64,000 nt of DNA from Neocallimastix sp. 'constans' (Eukaryota). Location: positions 372,001 through 436,000 of the forward strand of contig JBODTK010000128.1 in the NCBI GenBank assembly GCA_050613775.1. Direction: 5' to 3'. Below, one piece after another: positions 27,101 through 38,319 of the stretch; position 1 is the stretch's first letter, and the number at the start of each line of letters is the position of its first letter. The notes beneath the pieces are model-generated. The model did not search any database and was not told where the DNA came from. It was given only the letters and a program-made list of their open reading frames with translations. Made by a program: the position numbers and the translations under genes.

Positions 27101-30100
27101 ACTTTTATTTACAAAAGGAAAATCTTTATCATTAATTAAGTTTGATCTAGAATGTTCAAAACTAAAATCAATTAATTTATTATTAAAAATGGAAGTAAAT
27201 TGATTATTAAGAATTTCACTTGGATCATTTTTATCATCAATAACATTGACATTAGTATTACTCACTATATTTTCATTATCATACTTTTGACTAATAATAT
27301 GACATATTTCATTTACCATTTCTTTTTGAGTTTCTTCTCCATATTCTTTATAAGAATAGCTTTTACCTTCAATTAAATAATTTGAATCATCATTTTTAAT
27401 ATTAGAATTATTGTTAATGTTAGAACTACTATTAGATACATTATTGCTATCACTATTAGTATTATCATTAGTATCATTAATAAGATCATTATTAATTTCT
27501 TTTATTATATCACTTTTAATATTACTATTAGTATCACTATTAATATCATTAATATGATCCTTTTTAATACCACCAATTATATTACCACTAATATCGTCCG
27601 CTAAAAAATCTGGCTTAACATTTTCACCTTCTATAATATAGGAGGATTCATTTTCAATAGTATTTTGATCACTGTGGAAAGAAAACTCTCTTGAAAGGTG
27701 TAAGTAATTATCATCTCTATTTTCTATATCTTCAATTTCAAGTTCAGAATAAAACTTTGAAATTCTATTCTCTTCTTTTCCTTTAGGACTTATAACCAAA
27801 AGACTACTTCCACTATAAACACTCTTTTCTTTATCCTTCTTTCTATTTAATTTTGGAACCCTTAATTGATTAGAAGTAGAACTTGTTTTTTTAATTAAAT
27901 GATATTCATTTGTATCTTCAGATTCATATGGGTCGTAAGAAGATTCAGTACTAGATTCCGTTGATTTGTAATAATTATATCCTTCTGATTCTTCGCTCTT
28001 AACAACTATATCAATGTTTTCACCTCTTATTAGATCTTCGTTTTGAATTAACTCTTTATTTATCATTCTTTTCTCATTTTTTATGGTCTCATCATTATTT
28101 ATTACCTCCTCATTTCTCATCACTTTTCCATTTTTTATGGATTTTTCATCTTTTATGGCTTCCTCATCATTTATTGCTTTTTTATTTTTTATTACTTCTT
28201 CATTATCTATTACTTGTTCATTTTTTAATGATTTCTTATTTATTACTTCCTCATTTATTTTACGAACTATTTTGTTGGTTTTCTTATCAATATAAATATA
28301 ATCTTTTGATGGTAATGGAGGAGCAATCAATGATGATTTATTATTATTTTGAGACGAAGAAACAACAGGAAGTAACTTTACAGGTTCCTTTGGAAGTTCT
28401 TTATCTAATATATTATTATTTCTATTATCATTATTATTATTGGTTTTTTCATTATCTTTATTATCATCTTTTTCATTACCATCAATAATATTGTTGATTT
28501 TAGATTTCTTTTCTTTTCTTTCTTTGATATTATTTTCACAATTTTTATCATCTATATCATCATTACTTATTTTTTCAGAGGATATAAGAATTTTTGAATC
28601 AAGAGGGGAAGATTCTTGTACACTTATTGATAACGATTCCTCATGGTCTTCGATTTTTTCGTGATTTGATATATTTGATAATTTCGAAGATACTAGAATA
28701 TTTTCATTTTCTATTGAACTTTTATAGGAATCAACAGCTTGAGCTAATAATTTTTCTTTCAGAGTAGCTTTTACATTAGACTTTTCTAAAGAAGCAACAC
28801 TATTTTCAATTTTTTCATGACCTTCATGAACATCTGATAGAATTGATGATTTAGTAGAATCAATAATAGATACATTATGATCATTTGATTTATTTTTTTC
28901 TATAGTATTATCTTTATTTAGAGATTTTGAAATATTATCAGATTTATTTTCAGAAGAATGTTCCTTTTTTCTTTTACTTTTATTTAATGAGCTCTGATTT
29001 TGTTTTGAAATGTTTGAATCAGTAATTGTATCTGTAACCGTATCCCAATCATCACTACTTTCTTTTTGAAGATTTTCCTCTTCTACAATTTCGATGACTT
29101 CAGTAGAAGTGTTCCCTAAAAGATTGGTTTTCAAATCATCATCATTCCATGTTTTTTCAATTTCTATTTTTTTCTTTTCTTTTAAAAGATTTTTATTTTT
29201 ATTTTCATTTTCATTTTCATTTTCATTTTCATTTTCATTTTCATTTTCATTTTCATTTTCATTTTCATTTTCATTTTCATTTTCATTTTCATTTTCATTT
29301 TCATTTTCATTTTCATTTTCATTTTCACTTTCATTTTCATTTTCATTTTCATTTTCTATTAATTTTATATGTTCAGAATGATCTAAACTTATTTTACTAC
29401 CATCAATATCATAAGAATTATCACCATCTTCTGTAAAGCTACTTACAGTACTCCAACTATCATCTTCTTTCATTAAATGTTTCATATTATCATTGTCTTC
29501 ATTTCCTTCTCTTCTTAAATTTTCAATTTCTTTATGAACTTCTTGCTTATCAAAAAGTATTCCATATCTTTTATCATTTTCTTTAGACTCGTTTTTTGGA
29601 TTTGTATTATTAGAATCTACTGTAGTTGATAAAATATTATTTTCTTTGGAGACTTTTGACGAAGAAGATGAAAAAGATACAGTTGATGATGACGATGAAG
29701 TTGATAACATAGTACTAGCAACTTGCGATCCTAATGAAATAACATTAGAAAGACTATCACCACTTGACTTTTTCTGTATTTTCTTTTTTGAATCTTTTGA
29801 TCCCTTCTTAATTTTTGACATATATTGACTTAATGGAGAGTTAAAATTGTTTGACGTATTATATTCAATTTGATTTTTTTCGTTGATATCTTCTAATTTA
29901 TAACTGTCAACTTTTTTTGGTGAAGCCATGTATAATGCATTATCGGATGATGATGATAAAGATGAAGATATAGATGCCTTATTTTCGCTTTTATCTGATA
30001 ATGACGAAAGGTTAGAATTATTATTCTTTACTTTAATATCAATTAATTTATTATCATTATTTTCCCCATTCATTTTCAATGAAAAATTATTCATGATTTC

Positions 30101-31561
30101 AGGTTTTTCTTTAAGATTTTCTTTGACTAATTTATTTTTATGAGAAAATGGTGAAAATATTTTTTTAAATACTTTTTTAATTTTTGATAATTTCTTATGC
30201 TTTCTTTTTGTTTTTGTCTGTTCTTCAACTACTGACAATGAATTATTATTATTTGGTGTAGAAAATGTAGATATATTTTGCTTTATATTGTTAGTTTTAG
30301 CTGTTGATTTTATGTTAATACTTGTATTATTTGCTGTGTTTATGTTTATTTTCTCATTATTAGAATTTTTTTGTTGTGAAAATTCATAGTTATTGTTAAT
30401 TATTTCCATATCTAATTGACTATTTATACCACTTTTTTTACTACTGCCATTATTATAAATATTGTCACTATCTTTAATATTTGAATTAATAGAAATTAAT
30501 CCATTATTCATAGTATTTATATTTGAATTATCACTTAAATTTGCAAAAGATGTATTAATATTATCCTCCATTTTATTATCTACAACAGATGTAGTATTAA
30601 TTTTCTTACTAGAAGAATTATCAATTAATGTTGAAGATAACGTAACCAAAGGAGAAGATGATTCAGTACATGTTGTTAAATTACGAGTTTTATTAATTGA
30701 AACAGAAATACTATCGGGAGTTGGGGGTAATGTTATTTTTGTTGGAATATTAATTCTATTAGATGTAATTTGAATGGGTGCTGTTAAAGGAGTTATTTGA
30801 GAAACTATAGGAATATTATTTTTATTTAATGAATTATTTTTATTTTGATTTGATAATGACTGTAGAGAAGAAGAGTTGGTGCTAATTATAGAATTTAAAT
30901 CATTAAATGACTTTGATTTTAATGTAGAAATTGAATGAATTTTGGTTTTTAATTCATTAGATGATTTTGATTTTACTGGAGAAGAATGTTGTGTTTTTTG
31001 TTTTAAATTTAATTTATCAGAAGTTGATACAATAGACGAAGAAGATTCTGAAATTAATTCATTTGAGATTTTATCATTTCTTGCATTTTGAATTTTCTTC
31101 AAAATAAACTGATATTGAGAATTCTTCATTAATTGACTATCTATTTCATTACTTGATTCATTTGAAGAATATTTTTCATTACTAGAATATTCTCTATTGT
31201 CATTAACAACACTTTCATCGGATATCAATTGACTACTATTTTGATGGCTTGTTTCTATTAAAGAATTAACATTACCATTTTCTTTTTTATCAAAAAAATT
31301 CTTTTTTCTTTTAAATAAATTTAAAAATCTTCCTTTTTTCTTTTTTGTTTTATTATATAATGAACTTTTTGATAGACTATTTAATGTACTTCCACTAGCT
31401 GTAGTTTCTCCTTTACCTTTGTCAACTCTACTAATATTACCAGAAAAAGATTTTATCATTGATGGAGAATGATAAGATATATCTTGAGTAACATCTTTAT
31501 TACTATTTTTATGTTTTCTTTTAGATATTAATTTAGGGAATTTCTTTATTTTTTTAAACAT
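24104..31561 (-). CDS. Intronless 2485-aa protein: long low-complexity N-terminus, kinase-like (probable pseudokinase) domain and C-terminal Sel1-like repeats
   Basis: Kinase subdomains are VVLKVLK, LIHGNLKPSNILLD, LLSDFS, WLAPE, SDIYSLG and CLQLDPKDRWT. Sel1 repeats include LGLYYFDGQGVGKNKTKA, LGQCYRDGILVESDINKALIWFKRAA, LGLLYYYGIGVPRQLDQALNHFQYAADLGNANAQ and AAAQGHSKAQFLLG. Confidence 0.9.
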   Translation of the reverse strand: MFKKIKKFPKLISKRKHKNSNKDVTQDISYHSPSMIKSFSGNISRVDKGKGETTASGSTLNSLSKSSLYNKTKKKKGRFLNLFKRKKNFFDKKENGNVNSLIETSHQNSSQLISDESVVNDNREYSSNEKYSSNESSNEIDSQLMKNSQYQFILKKIQNARNDKISNELISESSSSIVSTSDKLNLKQKTQHSSPVKSKSSNELKTKIHSISTLKSKSFNDLNSIISTNSSSLQSLSNQNKNNSLNKNNIPIVSQITPLTAPIQITSNRINIPTKITLPPTPDSISVSINKTRNLTTCTESSSPLVTLSSTLIDNSSSKKINTTSVVDNKMEDNINTSFANLSDNSNINTMNNGLISINSNIKDSDNIYNNGSSKKSGINSQLDMEIINNNYEFSQQKNSNNEKININTANNTSINIKSTAKTNNIKQNISTFSTPNNNNSLSVVEEQTKTKRKHKKLSKIKKVFKKIFSPFSHKNKLVKENLKEKPEIMNNFSLKMNGENNDNKLIDIKVKNNNSNLSSLSDKSENKASISSSLSSSSDNALYMASPKKVDSYKLEDINEKNQIEYNTSNNFNSPLSQYMSKIKKGSKDSKKKIQKKSSGDSLSNVISLGSQVASTMLSTSSSSSTVSFSSSSSKVSKENNILSTTVDSNNTNPKNESKENDKRYGILFDKQEVHKEIENLRREGNEDNDNMKHLMKEDDSWSTVSSFTEDGDNSYDIDGSKISLDHSEHIKLIENENENENESENENENENENENENENENENENENENENENENENENENENENKNKNLLKEKKKIEIEKTWNDDDLKTNLLGNTSTEVIEIVEEENLQKESSDDWDTVTDTITDSNISKQNQSSLNKSKRKKEHSSENKSDNISKSLNKDNTIEKNKSNDHNVSIIDSTKSSILSDVHEGHEKIENSVASLEKSNVKATLKEKLLAQAVDSYKSSIENENILVSSKLSNISNHEKIEDHEESLSISVQESSPLDSKILISSEKISNDDIDDKNCENNIKERKEKKSKINNIIDGNEKDDNKDNEKTNNNNDNRNNNILDKELPKEPVKLLPVVSSSQNNNKSSLIAPPLPSKDYIYIDKKTNKIVRKINEEVINKKSLKNEQVIDNEEVIKNKKAINDEEAIKDEKSIKNGKVMRNEEVINNDETIKNEKRMINKELIQNEDLIRGENIDIVVKSEESEGYNYYKSTESSTESSYDPYESEDTNEYHLIKKTSSTSNQLRVPKLNRKKDKEKSVYSGSSLLVISPKGKEENRISKFYSELEIEDIENRDDNYLHLSREFSFHSDQNTIENESSYIIEGENVKPDFLADDISGNIIGGIKKDHINDINSDTNSNIKSDIIKEINNDLINDTNDNTNSDSNNVSNSSSNINNNSNIKNDDSNYLIEGKSYSYKEYGEETQKEMVNEICHIISQKYDNENIVSNTNVNVIDDKNDPSEILNNQFTSIFNNKLIDFSFEHSRSNLINDKDFPFVNKSYLDDNQTLRNQQINLPNHNTPSSHPLSKDSGERETKDHYSNEENVKQQELIKKNNLSSVNGRKSISSICSEGSDENWDNTNYNNKEDKSRNIHQTERKGHTGIMERSICNIEEYNRSKNQIIIDQNIIDEIFTEKTKNDIASTASYYSVSRNSFDDIGLDFFYNEYDQNLVNNDNYNLLVGDSEKLKFYYLDVIDIYGVNSNLRNNSDIPIISSTSFKNPDFLLGSGNTLHAFIDYSDLSFKNSCITDQNNPGNNHYSVPEIVDVVLKVLKSNVDKQKLKTDIKIINEWVCLQRFVPIYGISTYFNEEVLVSQFYKNGSIGQYLTTHPIISLEEKEEFVVEIVEGLDICHSQDLIHGNLKPSNILLDEYYHALLSDFSMSDMSPESPNGIQRSWLAPELREKSAPFTTASDIYSLGLIIYYIFNDGTRYLEDNSDKSDYLNKNWPENIRTILQHCLQLDPKDRWTIKDILNHLKAHYKFGSIADKYINRKNNNDNIFLELNGNNINSSRMGSNYYYDQKEDDDINYNNRYPKLERFKKFNRYNKHYHQEMTSSNKSLQLAMKALKHSLYFSDWNFTQAMKLMNGARDVPCNFQKAIQRLSIPCSEGHVDSLLKLGLYYFDGQGVGKNKTKAYHLWQIATEIFPNRHTLGGRYQQINKNLNIKSSMKRLSSNFVKSNNLNNIITNYSNNNNNNNTNDHNNTNDHNNTNGINNTETLTTTNNNNNGHDIKSLGTMKSFYLHNNSSTYSYESLIQKKQNLLGFIKCNERTLELWKEVAERKFIPAYVILGQCYRDGILVESDINKALIWFKRAAHMNDINGCWYLALCYYIYFDDYQNTHYWLTKASKKQHAKVDTALGLLYYYGIGVPRQLDQALNHFQYAADLGNANAQYLYCECLDYIFKEKENQIRNQSQMSNITMTSFNEEKSIHYDKLFNYCSKAAAQGHSKAQFLLGKLYLDGSLKFINNDSNYKFNSSIGLQWIRLSAENGYKKAKEFLIEIL
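29200..29356 (-). repeat. (GAAAAT)n coding hexamer repeat encoding (EN)n
   Basis: About 25 TTTTCA units are visible on the plus strand, in frame in the kinase-Sel1 ORF. Confidence 0.95.
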
Positions 31562-31918
31562 TTCAAATTTAAAAAACTATATTTGATTTAATGGTTAAAA
31601 AAAAAAATTAGTTTTATTATTAATAAAATATATTTTTACTTTATGATAAAATAATTAAATATGAATAAATATGAAGAAAAAAAACAAGAAAAAAGTTTTT
31701 TATGCGAAAGGATTATTTATTCGATTAATAAATATTTGAAAATGATTTTTTAATAATAAAAACGATAATTAAAATATTCTTTTTTTTTTTAATTACAAAA
31801 TAAAAAATAAAAAACAATAGAATAACTATTAATAAGATTATTATTTGATTATTGTATTATATTTTTTATTATTTTTTATTATCGTTATTATTATTATTAC
31901 TATTTATGATTATTATTA

Positions 31919-31985
<67 letters not shown>

Positions 31986-32442
31986 TTTTTGCTTTATTTT
32001 TGTTTGCTATTTATTTTTGTTTTATTTTTGTTTGTTATTTATTTTTATTTTATTTTTGTTTTATTTTTGTTTTTGTTTTTGTTTTACTTTTATTTTATTT
32101 TTGTTTTTGCTTTATTTTTTATTTATTTATTTATTTTTGCCTTTTATTTTGTTTTTGTTTTTATTTTTGAAAATATATATTTTTATATTAATTATTATAT
32201 TCTGAGTACGTATTTCAGTAATGTAATTAATTTTTCATTGTTTATTGCCTTCTTGAATAAACAACTATTTTTTTTTTTTTTTCTTTATCCGTAGTTTTAT
32301 TTTATTCTTATTTTATTATTACTACTTTTTAAGTTTATTTTTATTCTAATTATATATATTAAAAAGTTTAAAGTAATATATATAATATTTTTCCTAAATT
32401 CTTTTAAACCTAATATTATGGTAAAAGAAAAATATATATATA

Positions 32443-32484
<42 letters not shown>

Positions 32485-32814
32485 ATATTTATTAATTTTG
32501 ATAAATAAAAAAAAAAAATAAAAACAATAAAAACAATTAATATTAGTATAATTGTTAAATGAAATTGATATATAAACTATTTTATCAGTTAAAATAAACG
32601 ATAAAAGTTTTATGAAAATTTAAATTATTTTGATAAATAAAACATTATTTTATATTATATATATATAGCAGTTTATATATAATTATTTTAAATATACAAT
32701 AAACGCATATATATTTATTCAATTTTTAGTATATTTTTATTAAAAAAATATATAAATTTCAAATAGTATATATAATTAATGCAATTGTAATGGTTTTATG
32801 ATTAAATATGCTTC

Positions 32815-32857
<43 letters not shown>

Positions 32858-34004
32858 TTTGTTGCTTTTTTTTTTTTTTTTTATTATGTATTTATTTTTA
32901 TTTTTATTTATAAATATTTCAATTAATTTCTTTTTTATATTTTAATCATTAAAATTTCTAAGCAAATTTTTATAAGTATGAAAAATAAAAATAAAAAATA
33001 AATAAATAAATAAGTATACTATTTTATTATTTATCTTTATTAATTTTTAAAATAATAATATATATTTTCTAAATGTGTTTATATTACTGCCAATATTTAT
33101 AAGTAATTAAAGAAATTTAATAATCTTGAAAATAAAAAAGTATTAACAATTAATTAAGGTTCCAATAGTATAGTGTTGCTGTTTATAAATAAAAAATAAT
33201 TTACTGTAAATAAATATTTTTAAAAAATAAAAAAAAAAAAAAAAAAGATTGCTGCTTGTAGTTATATTATACTTAAATTTATATACTCTATAATTTATAA
33301 AACATAATTATATAACTATGTATTACTTATATATTTTATAATAAGTTTAAAAATAGACTAAATAGTTTTTAAATATGTAAAAAAAAAAAAAAATTAACTA
33401 ATTGTTATATTTATATATAATAATAATATTTTGTTTATATTTTTCAAGTTGTTTTGACTTTATTTAAAAATAAAAAAAAAAAAAAAATTAACTGATTTTA
33501 TAATTTTTATTTTTTTTTTTTTTATGACTTCTTTCAAAAATAACAAAAATAAAAATTAAAGTTTTTTTAATTTTTATTTTTATTTTTTTTATAATTCTAT
33601 TCTATTTTATTTTTATTTTATTTTTATTTTTTTATTTCACTTTAATTTTTATAATTTCAAAAAAAATTTTCAAAAAAAAATTTCAAGAAAAAAAAAAAAA
33701 AAAGGAAAAAGAAAATAAACTTGTGAAATATTTTTGAATCATAATTTAAATTATAATAATAATAAATAATAAATAATAAATAGTTATATAATAAATAATA
33801 AATAGTTATATAATAAATAATAAATAATAAATAATAAGTAATAAAATAGATAAATAATAAATAATAAATAATAAAATAGATAAATAATAAATAATGGTAT
33901 AAAATATATATTTATATATTAATATATTCATTGAATATAATTAAAATAATTTTTTATTAATATTTTAAAATTTAAATATTTCATAAATGGAAAATTTTTA
34001 ATTT

Positions 34005-34035
<31 letters not shown>

Positions 34036-34936
34036 GAAAAGAAATAATAATTAGATAAAATATTAAATTGTATCCTGTATTTTATTAAATTATCATTATG
34101 ATCTGTGGCACATTATTTTATGGTAATTACTGCCCTTCATTTTTATTGGCTAATTTCTTTTTGGAAAATGAATATCCTTTTATAATAATATTTTTTTTTC
34201 TTTTTTTACTATATATATTATAAATATAAAAAATTTTTTTTTTCTTTTTGAATATTTTGAATATGTCAGAATTAAGAATTAATGTATGTAATATATATTT
34301 ATATATTAACAATATATTATTTAATCTTTTTAATTTATTTATATTGCATATAATAATACAAAAACTAAATTAAATATATGGAATAATTTATATAATAATA
34401 TATTTAAAATATTTTAATTTTAAAAGAAAAAGTAATTTTTAAAATATCTTTTTTTGGAAAAATTCATAACTTTATTTTTTAATTATACGTATATTAATAC
34501 TATAATATAATAAATAGTATTTAATTAAATTTTGTACTATACTTTTATTAAATATTATTATTTTCATTAATAATAATAAATAATAAATATAATAAATTTT
34601 ATTAAATAAAATTAAAAAAGAAACTTAATTTTAAAAAGTTAAACTTTAGAAAAGAAAAAGGTTGTACTTGCAATTATATATATATGCAGAGGAAAAATAA
34701 TGATATTTTTTTTTTACTTCCTGTGTGTACAGTCCTTTAGTTTTCTGATTGATATTCCCAACTTCCCTTTGAAGCTAGGCCAGTATAACCTAACCAATGA
34801 TATATGCTTTTTAATAACCTTCTTTAATAGTTCTTTCTTCTCTAAATTACACAAAACAATCGTTCTTCTTCATCAGTCTCCTTATTAATTGGAGCGATTA
34901 CTTTGATATTATCTTCCGATTTAAACTGACATAAGC

Positions 34937-35280
34937 GGGTGTGATGCATTTGGCCAAATTGCTTTTCGCCAGATTGCATTTCGCCAATTTTTTTGAAAGC
35001 ATGTGGCGTATTAAAAAAATGTGGCATTTCGCCAAATTGAAAATTATTAAATAAATAAATAAATCAATAAATAAAATTAAATATTATTAATATCGCATAA
35101 AAACAATTTTAAAAAAAATATTTTGAATATTTATTTATTTATTCATTTATTTATATCAATACTCCGCTTGTCGAAATACAACCTGGCGAAAAGCAACTTG
35201 GGGAAATGCAACTTGAGAAATGCAACATTTTAATACTACGCCACCTGGCGAAATGCAATTTGGGGAAATGCAACTCTCCC
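34937..35280. mobile_element. Non-autonomous Mutator-like MITE/foldback element (344 bp) with a 9-bp TSD
   Basis: The termini are GGG...CCC and the terminal inverted repeats match at 30 of 36 positions. The flanks GACATAAGC (34928-34936) and GACACAAGC (35281-35289) match at 8 of 9. The arms are built from ~15-bp TGGCGAAATGCAAC-like subrepeats. Confidence 0.85.
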
Positions 35281-35730
35281 GACACAAGCTACAGAGTAAG
35301 GGATAGATAAATAATCCATTATCAATCTGAGTTTTTAAATTTAATAGGAGATCGAAAAAGGGTACAAAGTTAGTGATTATACTAAAATTGATGGATCGTC
35401 AACGCTAAAAATGCAGTAAGACAGGCTAGCAGGGCCAATGCCTTTGAAGGAGAAGACCATAATTTCTTTCAGATAGTCAATTCAAATCCTAATCCTGAAT
35501 AAGTAATAAGAAGGTGAGATTCGTTACATATGAACTTTTTTCTGAATTTATTTATACACTTTATTTTGAATATTACTTTCTATTTCACGTTACTATCCTT
35601 TATTATGTTCTTATTGAACAAATAATATATTTACTTTTTTTATTTTAATTATGTACTTTTTTTTAAAAAAAATTAATGTAATTAATTAATGAATAAATAA
35701 ATAAAGATTAGATTTCGCAACACCTGCGGC

Positions 35731-35764
<34 letters not shown>

Positions 35765-35768
<4 letters not shown>

Positions 35769-36480
35769 AATTGCCATAGGAATCTTATCAGGGTTTTCTT
35801 TTGATTCCTTCGACGGTAACATCTACCACAAAATTATTCTTCATTGGCTTCCTTAGATTTACTCTTATAAGTATGGGTTGCATTATTAACCAGAATAATT
35901 GAGGTAAAAATGTTATCTAACATACCCATAGCTTTTATTTAATTTCTTCCTAATTTAATCCCTCTAGCAACTTGAGCTCGTGGTTTTGGTGAAACATTCA
36001 TTAACTGTCTGAAGGTTATATTACATTTTGTAGAATTATGGTCCTGAAGCACAACATAACCTTTCTGATTAGTTTGCATTTAAACTTTTCTAGATTATTC
36101 TGAAGTCTTACTTTCAGATTGCGTATTCTCATCTTGATTGATTAAAATCTCTAATTTGTTCAATGGTTCGTTAAATTTTATTATTTAGTATATTTTCCGC
36201 ATGAGTTATATTCTCTAAGTTTTCATCTTCAGGAATTAAGTTTATTTCATTGATAACTAATTCTATTCAAATTATATCCAAACTTTATGAGAATATTGGA
36301 AAATTATAATGTAAGTAAGGAATCTATAATCTCTTTCAATAATGAAATAATTATTTATTCGTACCTTATTTAGCAGAAGAGTTACCATGATCTAGTGATA
36401 ATATACCATGACTTATCAGGCCGAACTCTCCTGGTTCGACTAATATTATTTTCCAATCTATAATAATTTTAGTTCAATGG
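35765..36480 (-). mobile_element. Highly decayed Gypsy-type gag/protease-region remnant
   Basis: The minus strand reads YVVLQDHNSTKCNITFRQLMNVSPKPRAQVARGL, resembling the pre-protease segment of fungal Gypsy elements, then VDVTVEGIKRK. Many stops are present. Confidence 0.5.
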
Positions 36481-38287
36481 TTAACTAGAATATTGTTGAA
36501 AATACTAGAATTTCTTCAGTTAAATTTCTATAACAGAATGAAACCAGAAATTCTATTTTTATAATTATTTTTATCATTTTTTCTATAAGATTCATTTTCG
36601 AGAAAGAAATCTTGATTTCTCGAAATTTCATCAAATTAAACTTTATCAAAAATGCTTTTTCCGAAAAAATTATTAATATGTGTGAATTTTGCACCAAAAA
36701 ACACTTTTTTCTTTGTGCTTTTATTAATTAATTAGCTAATAAGTAATTAAAAATATTACTACAACTAATTAATAATATATAATATTTTATATTTAATACA
36801 TTAATAAAATAATTTTTCTGTAAAAGCAAATAACTTATTGAAAGTGTGACAAACCTGTTGTGTAATCATCTTGTCACAGATATTATTTCACCTCCCGTCC
36901 GCACAGATTAAACTTTGATCGTGAGGCATAATATTTGCTAAGGAATTCAGGTTAAATGTCATGTGGAAGGAAACACCTGAATCCAGGGTCCAAGTAGAAA
37001 TTTCGTGGTAATTTTCTCTTTTTCAATTTTCAAAATATTTAAGGCCATACCTCGGTAAACGTAATTTTTCTTTGGTGTTATAAAAATTTCTTTTATTATA
37101 TTTATTATTATCTAAATATTATTTATATAGTTATTATTTTTATAATTACTATTTTTATAATTATTGTTTTTGACCATGCTATTTGATTCTGGTTGGTTCA
37201 ATGCTCCTTCGTTATGGGAAAATTTATACACTTCAAGGGTCTTAAGGTTCTTCAAATTCTTTCACAGATACGTAATTTGACTGGAATTTTTCTAAGTCTT
37301 CTTCCGTATTTAACGAATTTTAACAATTATATTATATATCTCAAAAGAAGTATTGGTAATATATTTAATTTACTTTTAAAGTCATTTTCATTTCTATTAA
37401 TTATTAATGATTTGGTTTGATTATCAGAGTCAAGTATTGCTTGTGTTACATTTGGAGTGCACATCATATCAGAAATAGTTTTTATCTATAAGTATTTAAT
37501 TGTATTTATTTGGATTATCCTTTTTTATATATGTTGTTGATATTATCTTAATACAATTATTTAAATAATACGTTGATAGTAATAAATATAGTTCTCCATT
37601 CAAATCCTTTTCATTTTTTATAATAAGGATCAGCTTAGTTGAGATTGGATTGTAAGTAGAGATTTTGAAATATAATTTTTCGGATTCTTTGATAATAATA
37701 AAAATTTAGATTTTAAATTCTTAATAAAGAGGAAAATAGAATGCTCTTTTCATGAATCTTAATGAGACTCCAAATCTTTTATTTTGAAATGAAAATGATC
37801 CATATGAAATTACTTTTAATAAGTCTTGTTATTAATTTATTACAAAACTAGTTATGTTATAAATTACAAGAATAGTAAATAATTTGATATAGGATTTAGC
37901 ACATGCTATATATTGTGGGACATTCTACATTATACACTAAAATATTAATCATAAAAACTTTATAAGTATGCGCAACAATAATTTGAATATAAAATAAATT
38001 ATAAATAATAATTAAATTTTAAAAATAATGTACATAATATTGGAAATATTTGTTATATATAGATATATAATATTCTTCAAAAATAAGATATTCTCTGGTC
38101 TTATATTCTATAAAAATAAAATATTTAATTAAAAAATTTTAAAATAAAAAATATTATTTTAACTTTTCATATTTATTTGTTTAAACACACCATTTATGAT
38201 AAAATTAATTAAACTTGTTCAGCTTTTTCTTATTTGAGTATTCATTATTACAATTATTTTTTTATACAATAATTATTATAAAAAACA

Positions 38288-38319
<32 letters not shown>

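Noticed and set aside
28083..30773. Plus-strand ORFs, including the (FS)n and (FH)n frames
   Set aside because: They are antisense shadows of the kinase-Sel1 ORF and its hexamer repeat.
31845..32294. Hydrophobic ORFs of 149 and 117 aa (also 5769-5975, 40107-40298, 60787-61014)
   Set aside because: They are translations of TTTA/TTA/TTTTG simple repeats that lack stops by composition, with no coding signal.
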